This document shows positions 14,451-23,103 of a stretch of DNA of 32,000 nt, piece after piece. The translations under genes were made by a program, and so were the position numbers. Under the pieces are notes generated by a model that saw only the letters and a list, made by a program, of their open reading frames with translations, was not told where the DNA came from and searched no databases. Position 1 is the stretch's first letter. Every line of letters begins with the position of its first letter. Source of the DNA: Horticoccus luteus (GTDB lineage: Bacteria; Verrucomicrobiota; Verrucomicrobiia; Opitutales; Opitutaceae); the NCBI RefSeq assembly GCF_019464535.1, contig NZ_CP080507.1, positions 3,720,001 to 3,752,000 on the forward strand, read 5' to 3'.

Positions 14451-16217
14451 CTATTCCAAGAGCCGCGCTTCGACGTAAAACGCTCCGCGCGATTTGCCCG
14501 CTGCGTCGTCCGACAACCACGTCTGCATCTTGGCAGGACCGGCTCGCAGCTTCAGCGAAAGCGTCACGCTGGTCGCACCTGCGGGAACGACCACCGAGGC
14601 CTCCTGATCACCGACGATGATTCGCGCCCGATTGGCCTGAAGACGGAAATGCGCCTCCGCGGGTTCCTGCCGCAGCGTGAACGCATACCGTCCCGGTTTC
14701 GCTACCTCGATCATCCAGTAGCCGTTCACCCAACGCGCTTCCTTGATCTGCTCCTGGTTCCAGGGGACTTCTTTTTGGTCGGGTGCATGCCAATCCATGC
14801 AATCGATCATCGTAGGATTCTCTTGGGGCGCCCCGACTTCAATATAGGCGAAGCGTTTCAACGCCGGAGCAAGTGAAGCCCACCATGTCTCGTAACGCGC
14901 CCGCAACTTCGCCACCACGTCCGGATGGTCCGCGGCGACATTTTTCTCCTGCCCGGGATCGCGCGTAATGTCATAGAGTTCCCGGCCGTTGTTATAACGC
15001 CAACGGTCCGTCATCACTGCGCTGTGCTCCCATTTCGGGGGAATGTCTGCGCGTTGGCGATGGACGAACAACGTTCGCTCCGGCCACACCGCCGCCGGGT
15101 CTCGCAATAGGGCGGCCAGGCTGGTCCCGTCGAATTGCACCTGCGACGGCTTTGGCAACCGGCAAAGGTCGATCAACGTCGGCAGCAGGTCGATGTGCGC
15201 CGTCAGTTGGTTCACATCGCGCCCGCCTTCTACTCCGCCGCGCGGCCAGCGGATGAAGCACGGCGTGCGATGGCCGCCGTCGTATTCAGATCCCTTGACG
15301 CCTCGCATCCCCGCGTTGAAGCCCGGCCAGCTTCCCGGCGGCGGCGGTGGTGCGCCAAACCGATTGGCCCCGGCTACGCCCGCCGCAGTGCCATTGTCCG
15401 AGGCAAAGATCAGAATGGTGTTTTCCGCGAGGCCCAACTCTTGCAACCGCGCCCGCAGACGTCCCAGGTTTTCATCCATGTTCGCGATCATGCCGTAGAA
15501 ACTGTCCATCGGCCGCGGGACGCCTTTTTCCGTGTAAGGCTGGGTATAGCGTTCCGGCACGATGTAGGGAGCATGCGGAACATTGGTGGCGATGTAGGCG
15601 AAAAAGGGCCGATCCTTGTTGGCCTCGATAAACTGAAGCGCACGGGAGAAAAATACGTCCGTGCAGTAACCGTGACATTTTTCCAAGCGGCCGTTGTGCC
15701 GGTAAGTGTCGTCGATGTAGTCGTTGCCCCAGTGATCCGGCGTCTGACCAATCCCGCCGCCGCCAAACGTCACCGTTTCCTCAAAACCGCGATCCTCCGG
15801 CCGCAGCGGATAATTGTCGCCCAAATGCCATTTGCCGAACATCGCCGTGCGGTAGCCCGCCGACTTGAACACGTCGGCCATCGTCACCTCGTCGCGATAC
15901 ATCAGCGACCGCCCCATGATCGTGTGCCAGACGCCCGTGCGGGTGGAATAGCGCCCTGTCATCAAGGCCGCGCGGGTCGGCGCACAGGTTGGATCAACAT
16001 GGAAATTCGTCAGTCGCACACTCTCCGCGTGGAGCCGGTCCAAGTTCGGCGTGCGGATCATCCTGTTACCCAGGCACGCTACGTCTCCGTAGCCTTGGTC
16101 GTCGGTTAAAACAATAATGACATTGGGCGCCCGGTTCGTGTGCGCGGAAGATTCCGCCGCGCGCGCACCCCCAGGCAAACATGCCGCCAACAGTGCAATG
16201 AACAGAGCAATTTTCAT
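14451..16217 (-). CDS. Sulfatase (S1, Cys-type) with a C-terminal extra domain, exported
   Basis: NVIIVLTDDQGYGD is followed by the CAPTRAALMTGR motif. The ATG at 16217 gives the signal peptide MKIALFIALLAACLPGGARA. The C-terminal region of roughly 150 aa lies beyond the sulfatase core. Confidence 0.9.
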   Translation of the reverse strand: MKIALFIALLAACLPGGARAAESSAHTNRAPNVIIVLTDDQGYGDVACLGNRMIRTPNLDRLHAESVRLTNFHVDPTCAPTRAALMTGRYSTRTGVWHTIMGRSLMYRDEVTMADVFKSAGYRTAMFGKWHLGDNYPLRPEDRGFEETVTFGGGGIGQTPDHWGNDYIDDTYRHNGRLEKCHGYCTDVFFSRALQFIEANKDRPFFAYIATNVPHAPYIVPERYTQPYTEKGVPRPMDSFYGMIANMDENLGRLRARLQELGLAENTILIFASDNGTAAGVAGANRFGAPPPPPGSWPGFNAGMRGVKGSEYDGGHRTPCFIRWPRGGVEGGRDVNQLTAHIDLLPTLIDLCRLPKPSQVQFDGTSLAALLRDPAAVWPERTLFVHRQRADIPPKWEHSAVMTDRWRYNNGRELYDITRDPGQEKNVAADHPDVVAKLRARYETWWASLAPALKRFAYIEVGAPQENPTMIDCMDWHAPDQKEVPWNQEQIKEARWVNGYWMIEVAKPGRYAFTLRQEPAEAHFRLQANRARIIVGDQEASVVVPAGATSVTLSLKLRAGPAKMQTWLSDDAAGKSRGAFYVEARLLE

Positions 16218-16303
16218 GATGGGGATTGGCACGACCAAGGCCCCCGCAGCGAGGACCCGCGCGGGAGGTTTGCGACGATCCATTCAGCCGCAAATCCCGT
16301 GTC

Positions 16304-16317
16304 CCTCTAACAATTAA
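16304..16317 (-). promoter_or_regulatory. Locus motif copy D: TTAATTGTTAGAGG
   Basis: Minus strand. 86 nt separate it from the sulfatase ATG at 16217, and it points toward that gene. Confidence 0.45.
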
Positions 16318-16351
16318 GCGCTCCGGCAACGCGTCCGCGCCGTTCGCCGAT

Positions 16352-16365
16352 TTAACTGATACAGT
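16352..16365 (+). promoter_or_regulatory. Locus motif copy E: TTAACTGATACAGT
   Basis: Plus strand. It faces outward from copy D, 34 nt away, and lies 275 nt upstream of the esterase ATG at 16641. Confidence 0.4.
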
Positions 16366-16640
16366 CACGCATGGGTTGAAACCCAACGCGCGGCAGCCGT
16401 TCTGATTTTCTCCGAGCGACGGCCATCACCGGCGCTCCCCCTATCTCGATACCCACATGCCCGGCCGGGCGAATTGAAATCCTCCTGTGGCAACACATGA
16501 CCCACGAAGACCCTGCCATCTTTCCGACCCACTTATCGCAGCCGTCCACCGCGGGCATTGCGGTTAATCATAAAAGACTGCACGCGGCATCCATCACGAT
16601 CAACGCAGCCACGCCTTCCGGAGCGTCCACTACCACGACC

Positions 16641-17543
16641 ATGTTGATCCCATCCCGCACCTCGTTCGCGTGCGCACTGCTATCCGGGCTCTGCGCTTGG
16701 CTCGCACTGCCCGCCACATTACGCGCCGCCGCTTGGCCGAGCGAAGTCGTGGGCGACGCACAGGTTTACAAACAGACCGAGGACGGACCGCAAAAGCTCT
16801 ATGTGCTCGAGCCCGACGACTGGAAGCCTACCGACCGGCGGCCGGCGATCGTGTTTTTCCACGGTGGCGGATGGGTGGGCGGACCGCTGTCGCAATTCAA
16901 CGACCAAAGCCGCTATTTTGCGTCGCGCGGGTTGGTATGCATCCAAGTGCAATACCGCGTGGTTCATCCGCACACGACGACTCCCCCCATCGTGTGCATT
17001 GAAGACGCCCGCTCGGCGATGCGTTGGGTTCGTCAACACGCTGGGGCACTCGGCGTCGATTCGCACTGCATTGCCGCGGCCGGCGCATCCGCCGGTGGCC
17101 ATCTTGCGGCGCACACTGCGCTTGTCGCCGGCGTCGATGACCCATCCGACGATCTGACGATTTCTCCGCGACCGGACGCGCTGCTTCTTTTCAATCCTGT
17201 GCTCGACAACGGCCCGGGAGAATATGGCGCCGAACGCGTGCGGGATCGCGTTGCCGAACTGTCGCCCGCCGCCAACGTCCGCCGCGGCGCGCCGCCCACG
17301 GTGCTGTTTCTGGGGACTACGGACCCTCTCGTGCCGGTGGCGACTCTGCAACGTTTTCGCACCGCGATGCTCGCTGCCGGCGCGCGCTGCGAATTGCATC
17401 TCTACGCCGGCCAGACTCACGGATTTTTCAACCGCTCGAAGTCCGTCAAGTATTACAAGCTCACCCTCCACGAATGCGCCGCGTTTCTCACGTCGCTCGG
17501 CTGGCTGCCGGTCGACGCTCCGAACCTTCCATCGACACCCTAA
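16641..17543 (+). CDS. Alpha/beta-hydrolase esterase (HGGG / GxSxG, family IV / HSL-like), exported; candidate glycan deacetylase
   Basis: The oxyanion motif is VFFHGGGWVGG and the nucleophile elbow is GASAGGH. A candidate Asp (GTTDPLVP) and His (GQTHGF) follow. The ATG at 16641 gives the signal peptide MLIPSRTSFACALLSGLCAWLALPATLRAAA. Confidence 0.8.
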   Translation: MLIPSRTSFACALLSGLCAWLALPATLRAAAWPSEVVGDAQVYKQTEDGPQKLYVLEPDDWKPTDRRPAIVFFHGGGWVGGPLSQFNDQSRYFASRGLVCIQVQYRVVHPHTTTPPIVCIEDARSAMRWVRQHAGALGVDSHCIAAAGASAGGHLAAHTALVAGVDDPSDDLTISPRPDALLLFNPVLDNGPGEYGAERVRDRVAELSPAANVRRGAPPTVLFLGTTDPLVPVATLQRFRTAMLAAGARCELHLYAGQTHGFFNRSKSVKYYKLTLHECAAFLTSLGWLPVDAPNLPSTP

Positions 17544-17634
17544 CGCCCGGCAGCGCGCGTCTCGCAGGAACGCAGCTCCGCGCGCGCACAAACTGGGCTT
17601 TCGCTGAGCTGAGCCTACCGGTGATCGCCGAGTC

Positions 17635-19647
17635 TCAGTCCCACTGCGTAAGCGCCTTCGCCGCGGCATCCTCCGACACGTGGTCCCGTGATGTCACTGA
17701 TGCGGTTCGCGCGCCCGGCTCCCAGTTTTTTCCGCCCCGCTCGTAGGCGCCAATATCTGGCGCCCGTCCCACGACCTTGCCGGTGATTCCGTCAATCACC
17801 GTCCCGGCATCGATCAAGGCTGAACCTGCCCGCGGCCGGAAATCGAAATGGGCCGGATCAGCGAGCTGGGACTGCGCGCCCGCGGCGAGTTCCGCGGACA
17901 CAAAGTTATGGTCAATGCCGTCCTGCAGCGGGAAAGGGGTGCCGACGCGATCGCACGTGAATGTGGTCACCGCATTGTTTTCCGCGCGCGTGTGCTGATT
18001 CTGCACCGCGAGGAGCGGCGTCGTGCTGCGGGCCCAAGGCTTGTGCGGTTCCGGTTCAGTGTGCAGACTAAGACCGTTGCCACCGAAGCGGCCCGTGCCG
18101 ATTCCGAACACCGTGTTGTAACTCACTTCGTTGAAATCGCCCTTTACGATAATGCCGTCACGATCGCAGTCCCACACCACGTTGTGATGCACGATCAACC
18201 CGCGCGTCTGGTCATCGCCGCGAATGCCCAGTCCGCCGGTCAATCCTCCCGCGAAGACGTACGGTCGACAGCCATGCACCCAATTATAGCGGACGACCGA
18301 GCCAGCCACGCGCGGTGAACCGCCTTGCACGAGGGCAACATCCTTGGCGACGCGCCCGCCGTCATGAATGTCGCAATACTCGATCACGTTGCCCGGCCCG
18401 GCATGGCGCACCAGTGTGTTGCCGCCGTCGAAAATCGTGCAGTGCCGTAACGTGTTGCCCCGGGTTTTGTCGTCGTCTGGATGGTCGATCGAAACGACCG
18501 CGTAGGCCAGTGATCCGTCCCAGCATGCGTCATGGATAACGCAATCCTCGATCAGATTCTGCGATCCCCGCACCAGTAGGCCGCTAGTGTTCGCTCCGCT
18601 GATCGTGCAATGCCGCAACACATTCCGATCTCCATCGATCGCGGTCCGGTCGTCCGCCTGTTCCGCGGCCGGCTCCGACATGTGGAACGCGTAGACAGGA
18701 TGACGCAGCTCGCAGTCCGCGATTTCATTGTCGTCACCGCGCACTTGGACGGTGCACCCGACAAAACGAAAGCCGCGCACAGTAATATGATGGGCACCGT
18801 CGATGCGCAGCCCAAGGGCGCGGCGCTTGACCGTCACCGGCAAACGATTCGGATCAGCGCCTCCGGGCGCCCAGAAATACAACCGCGACGCCGGAGCATC
18901 GAAAAACCATTCACCGGGCGCATCAAGCGCCTCCAGCTTGCCGACGAGGTAGAAGCGATCGTCTTCCCACTCGGTCGTCTTGTCGGCATAGTTCGTGATC
19001 GGAGTGAGATCCCGCGCGTAAGTGAACGCCCCGCGCGCCGTGTCGCAGGCTTGCACGCGGCGCGTCCACGTCAGGAATTGGTGCGCGACATTCAACACCG
19101 CGGTCGCGCCGGTCCAATCGACGTGCGTCTCGGCCAGCGCGGGGTCGATTACCAAACCGTAACGGCTGCCGAGCCCAGTGGAAGCCCACGTGTTGCGGTC
19201 CCAGCGGTTATGCGGATTAGCATTCGGCCAGCGGGCCCACGTCTGCTGCTCTTCGCCCACAAAAACCTGCCGCACAGGACCGGCGAGTTCGATCACATGG
19301 ATTCTTTCGCGATAGACTTGCCAAGCGCCTCTGAGCAGATCGCTCCCGTCGATTATCACGTCTCCGTCGCCCGCCGCGGCGTAGGTGATGGAGGCATTCG
19401 CAGTTCCGCTCCGCTGCAGATGCAGCGTTTCCCGATAGGTGCCTGCATGCACGAGACATTTATCGCCGGGCGCCAGCGTTTTCCCGGCGCGGGCCAACGT
19501 CCGCCACGGCATCTTGGCTGTGCCCGCCGCATCGTCCGCCCCGTGGGGACTGACATGAAATGTCGCGGCCGCAGCGGTCAGTGTCACGGCGCCCACCACG
19601 CCCCCGAGAATCGCGCGCAGGAATTTCGTAGGTGGTGATAAAGTCAT
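17635..19647 (-). CDS. Secreted right-handed parallel beta-helix (PbH1) repeat protein, family unassigned
   Basis: A signal peptide is followed by FHVSPHGADDAAGTAKMPWRTLARAGKTLAPGDKCLVHAGTYRE, a DUF1565/pectate-lyase-fold N-terminal cap. Many N-x-(I/V)-x-x-C-x-I-x-D style repeats follow. The gene starts 3 nt after the upstream beta-helix gene. Confidence 0.75.
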   Translation of the reverse strand: MTLSPPTKFLRAILGGVVGAVTLTAAAATFHVSPHGADDAAGTAKMPWRTLARAGKTLAPGDKCLVHAGTYRETLHLQRSGTANASITYAAAGDGDVIIDGSDLLRGAWQVYRERIHVIELAGPVRQVFVGEEQQTWARWPNANPHNRWDRNTWASTGLGSRYGLVIDPALAETHVDWTGATAVLNVAHQFLTWTRRVQACDTARGAFTYARDLTPITNYADKTTEWEDDRFYLVGKLEALDAPGEWFFDAPASRLYFWAPGGADPNRLPVTVKRRALGLRIDGAHHITVRGFRFVGCTVQVRGDDNEIADCELRHPVYAFHMSEPAAEQADDRTAIDGDRNVLRHCTISGANTSGLLVRGSQNLIEDCVIHDACWDGSLAYAVVSIDHPDDDKTRGNTLRHCTIFDGGNTLVRHAGPGNVIEYCDIHDGGRVAKDVALVQGGSPRVAGSVVRYNWVHGCRPYVFAGGLTGGLGIRGDDQTRGLIVHHNVVWDCDRDGIIVKGDFNEVSYNTVFGIGTGRFGGNGLSLHTEPEPHKPWARSTTPLLAVQNQHTRAENNAVTTFTCDRVGTPFPLQDGIDHNFVSAELAAGAQSQLADPAHFDFRPRAGSALIDAGTVIDGITGKVVGRAPDIGAYERGGKNWEPGARTASVTSRDHVSEDAAAKALTQWD

Positions 19648-19650
19648 AGG

Positions 19651-21918
19651 TTATCCCCGATCTTTGCTGGTGGCGGTTTGCTGCAGATCGATCGGCGACG
19701 TGCGTTTCAGTCGCTCCACCATCGGCTCCCGCAGCAGTCCGACATGGGTCGTGTCCACGGAGTGAATCCCGAGCGCCTCGGCCGGTGAATTCTCGCCAAA
19801 ACGAAAGTCGCCGTGCGCGGCGTCGCGAAACTGAGGATCGCCGATGCGACTCGCGCGATCATTACCCCACGCCCGCTGCATGCCCTGGATAAACGCTTCC
19901 GCGCCCACCCGGTCCGACGTGCTGAACAGATTGTGATCGGTCTTCGGCGGGACGATCGGCTTATGGTCGGGGTTGTAATTGCCGAGCATCGTATCACCGG
20001 GAGCGTTCCCGAAATAGCTGTTCACGGTATCAACTTCGTAGAATCGACTCTGGCCGGTGTAGGAAACGTAAACATTCCTTTCGACCCGAGAGTCGGGGCG
20101 GTCCGAGGTAATGCGCAGCCCCCCGTTCACCATGATATTGTTCCAAGTGGCATTGAAGTCCTTGATCACGATCCCGACGCCGAAAGTCACATTGTCGGTG
20201 ATCGTGCAATAGGATTGATCATCATCCGTGCGGATCGCGGCGGACCCGCCCATGTTGTAAATGACGTTCCGCTGGATGACGTTTCCCTTCCCTGCACTGG
20301 AGAGGTAGATCCCATTGCCGTCGCGCAACACCTGCATCGCATCGTGAATCTCGTTATCGCGCACCACGTTGTCACGGGTGTGCGCAAATGGCAGAATCGC
20401 CTCGGTCGTGCGCGGGTTGCCTATTTCGCGCCAGCGCATCAGGCGGAGGTTTTCGCGGAGGTTCGGGGGAAATTCCGGCCGCGGCACTTTCGGCGTCGCG
20501 ATGGCGAAATAGCGCGGCCGCACCCCGTCAAGGACCATCCCGTTATAGGGCAGATCATGCAGATAATTATGCGCCACGAGATTTCCTCCGCTTTGCCAGA
20601 GGAACACCGCGGGCGCGTGCCACCACAACTCACCCAAGTGATGAAATTCGTTGTCCACGATCTCATCGCCGCCGTTCACGTCTCGCGTGCCGGGCCCATA
20701 ACCGCACAGCAACACGCCGCCCGCGCCCAAATGGCGAAACGTGTTGCCACGTATCTCGAGGGCACGCGCGTAAAGGTCGGCCCGGATACCTTGCCCTCCC
20801 GCCGCCTCGAAGATGCAGTCGCGCACCGCACAATTTTCCGCCACCCGGAAGCGCAGGCAGGCATCGTCCTTGTCCCACATCGCCCAGTCGTGCTGCAGTC
20901 CGGCATCGTCGCCGCGCCAGGCATCGCGATCGGTGTGCGCAAAGGTCAGACCGACAAACTCGACCCCGCGCACCGGCTCGTCCGGAGCACCACCGCAGCC
21001 TTCCTCTCCAGCCACACGCACGAGCGTCGTGACGGCGGGAGCCACGATATTCGGTCCGGGCTCCGCACCGCGCGGCCAAAAATAAACGCGCCCTTCGGCG
21101 CGACGGAGCACCCACTCGCCCGGCGTATCCAGCGACTCGATTACGTTCTCCACCCAAAATTCACCCGTGGGCGTATACGTGGCCGGAAGCGTGGTGCGCG
21201 CCGTCAGCGCCGCTTCGTCCACCGATGCCAGTGAGAGGTAGTTCACCAGCCAGTTGTGGTTGGGACGGCTGAGAATCTCCACGTCGTCCAAATTCGGCCA
21301 CGATTTGATCGACCCCGCGGGAAACTCGATCACATCGCGCTTTTGCAGGCGGTCCGCCAATCCGCGGTGCTTGCCACGCGCGAGATAGCGCGCCGAACGC
21401 GCCCGCGGGAGACGCTCCATCTCGTCGTAAAGCGTGCGAAACGCCCGGCCGTGCAACGCCTCCGGCACGCTCGCCATCCATAATTTGCCGCGCGCCGCTT
21501 CCGCGGTGCCTGCGGGTTCCTCGCCGCTGGCCACGCGCGTCCAGCTCCGGATCGGCACGCCCCCGCTCACAATCGCGCGCCCGCCCGCAGACTCAAAACT
21601 TAGCACCCCGCCGGTTGCGGGCGTATCCTCGCGTCCGAGCACCAACGGCGCCGCGAGCCGGTAGATGCCATCGGCCAGCAGGATGTGGATACGCGCGCCC
21701 GCATCGGCGGCCCGCGCCGCCCGCGCCAACGCCATTGCGCGCGGCAACGTTGCCACGGGTGCCCCGGCTCCTCCCGACGCCCCGTCGTCGCCCCGCGGCG
21801 ACACATGTATCCGCGTGTCCTCTCGCGCGACCAGCGTCGCCGGCTCTCCTCCCCACAAAACGGGCGCGGTGAGCGCCGCCAAATGAACCCAACGAAAAAG
21901 CGAAGAGCGAAACATCAT
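19651..21918 (-). CDS. Secreted right-handed parallel beta-helix repeat protein, family unassigned
   Basis: The ATG at 21918 gives the signal peptide MMFRSSLFRWVHLAALTAPVLWG. Next comes IHVSPRGDDGASGG..ATLPRAMALA. Repeated beta-helix rungs follow (NCAVRDCIFE, IRGNTFRHLG, IVDNEFHHLG, NVVRDNEIHD, NVIQRNVIYN). Confidence 0.75.
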   Translation of the reverse strand: MMFRSSLFRWVHLAALTAPVLWGGEPATLVAREDTRIHVSPRGDDGASGGAGAPVATLPRAMALARAARAADAGARIHILLADGIYRLAAPLVLGREDTPATGGVLSFESAGGRAIVSGGVPIRSWTRVASGEEPAGTAEAARGKLWMASVPEALHGRAFRTLYDEMERLPRARSARYLARGKHRGLADRLQKRDVIEFPAGSIKSWPNLDDVEILSRPNHNWLVNYLSLASVDEAALTARTTLPATYTPTGEFWVENVIESLDTPGEWVLRRAEGRVYFWPRGAEPGPNIVAPAVTTLVRVAGEEGCGGAPDEPVRGVEFVGLTFAHTDRDAWRGDDAGLQHDWAMWDKDDACLRFRVAENCAVRDCIFEAAGGQGIRADLYARALEIRGNTFRHLGAGGVLLCGYGPGTRDVNGGDEIVDNEFHHLGELWWHAPAVFLWQSGGNLVAHNYLHDLPYNGMVLDGVRPRYFAIATPKVPRPEFPPNLRENLRLMRWREIGNPRTTEAILPFAHTRDNVVRDNEIHDAMQVLRDGNGIYLSSAGKGNVIQRNVIYNMGGSAAIRTDDDQSYCTITDNVTFGVGIVIKDFNATWNNIMVNGGLRITSDRPDSRVERNVYVSYTGQSRFYEVDTVNSYFGNAPGDTMLGNYNPDHKPIVPPKTDHNLFSTSDRVGAEAFIQGMQRAWGNDRASRIGDPQFRDAAHGDFRFGENSPAEALGIHSVDTTHVGLLREPMVERLKRTSPIDLQQTATSKDRG

Positions 21919-22001
21919 GGGGCAGGAAGGTGGGGATACGCAACGCGGGACGGGGCGGGACCAGCGCACCTTGCGTGCAGCGACGCCGCAACCAAGGCGC
22001 G

Positions 22002-22015
22002 ACTAAATCAGTTAA
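22002..22015 (-). promoter_or_regulatory. Locus motif copy F: TTAACTGATTTAGT
   Basis: Minus strand. 83 nt separate it from the beta-helix operon ATG at 21918. It lies 23 nt downstream of the LacI-family stop codon. Confidence 0.5.
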
Positions 22016-22031
22016 CGATTTTCCAAATCGT
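22015..22031. promoter_or_regulatory. Perfect inverted repeat ACGATTT-TCC-AAATCGT abutting motif copy F
   Basis: The 7-nt arms are perfectly complementary with a 3-nt spacer. It overlaps motif F by 1 nt and ends 7 nt from the LacI stop (22039-22041). The AT-rich stem is too weak and short-looped to be a good intrinsic terminator. Confidence 0.35.
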
Positions 22032-22038
22032 CCACTGG

Positions 22039-23103
22039 TCACCGCGGCTCGCGCGCTTTCTTTCGCGCGGCCGGCAAACCCCGCACCGTGCGGCCTTCCT
22101 GCCACGTGCCGTCCACGTGCGTGCCATGCGGCACGGCGTTGAAACCGCGCTGGTTGCTCTGGAGCAAGCTGTTCAATATCTCGACGGCAAATTCCCCCAT
22201 TTCGCTGCGATGCTGCTGGATCCCGCTCGCCTGCGGCACGTCGTCCGCGACATTCAAACTCGCGTAACCGATGTCCTGCGGGATGCGCAAACCTTCAGCG
22301 CGCACCGCTTCAAAAAAACCATCCGAGCGGCTGATGACCGCCTCCGGGCGTTCCCGCCGCAGCCAGCTTCGAATCTGTCCCACCGGATCCTCCGGCTGCA
22401 GCACGAGCGCCGATACCCGATTCGCCTCCAGCGTGCGCGACTGCAGATAAGCGTAACCCGCCTCCCATTGGTGCAGCGTGCGATCAGAGAGATCCGTCCA
22501 CACGATGATCCCGATCCGCGTGTAGTTGCGCGCGCGCAGTTGCTCCCACGCCAGCAAAATGCCCGCGAAGTGGTTCGGCACGATGTGATGAAACAACGGA
22601 TATTGCACTGGCCGCTCCAGCGCGACGACCGCGAAGTCCTTCCACTCCAGATCGAGCCGGTCGCGCGGATCTTCGAACGGCGCGAGAATCACGCCCCGGA
22701 TGCCGCGGTTGCGCAGCACCGCGCTGAACCGCCGCGCCGAACACCCCTGTTCGCGCGCCCAGAAGACCTGCAGCGAATACCCGAGCGACCGCGCGCGCAA
22801 CGTTACGCCTTCGATCGCCTGCTTCGCACTTGTCCGCGTCGTCCACGCATCCCGACTCGACCAGTTCGTCACGAGCGCGATCACCGAAAAATCCCGATGC
22901 ACCCGCAGGCGGCTGCGGTGCGCGGCCAGCGCCGACAACCCCGGATCCGGCGCGTAATTCAGCTCCCGCGCCATCGCCTTCACCTTCGCCGTCGTCGCCG
23001 CCGAAATCGAAGGATGGTTGCGCAACGCCAGCGACACCGCCGCCACGCTCAGGCCCAGCCGCCCGGCAACATCCTTCAAAGTGGTGCGTTTTTCCCAGCT
23101 CAC
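22039..23103 (-). CDS. LacI-family transcriptional regulator
   Basis: The N-terminal HTH is TTLKDVAGRLGLSVAAVSLALRNHPSISAATTAKVKAMARELNYAPD. A periplasmic-binding-protein-like effector domain follows. The start codon is a GTG at 23103. Confidence 0.9.
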   Translation of the reverse strand: MSWEKRTTLKDVAGRLGLSVAAVSLALRNHPSISAATTAKVKAMARELNYAPDPGLSALAAHRSRLRVHRDFSVIALVTNWSSRDAWTTRTSAKQAIEGVTLRARSLGYSLQVFWAREQGCSARRFSAVLRNRGIRGVILAPFEDPRDRLDLEWKDFAVVALERPVQYPLFHHIVPNHFAGILLAWEQLRARNYTRIGIIVWTDLSDRTLHQWEAGYAYLQSRTLEANRVSALVLQPEDPVGQIRSWLRRERPEAVISRSDGFFEAVRAEGLRIPQDIGYASLNVADDVPQASGIQQHRSEMGEFAVEILNSLLQSNQRGFNAVPHGTHVDGTWQEGRTVRGLPAARKKAREPR

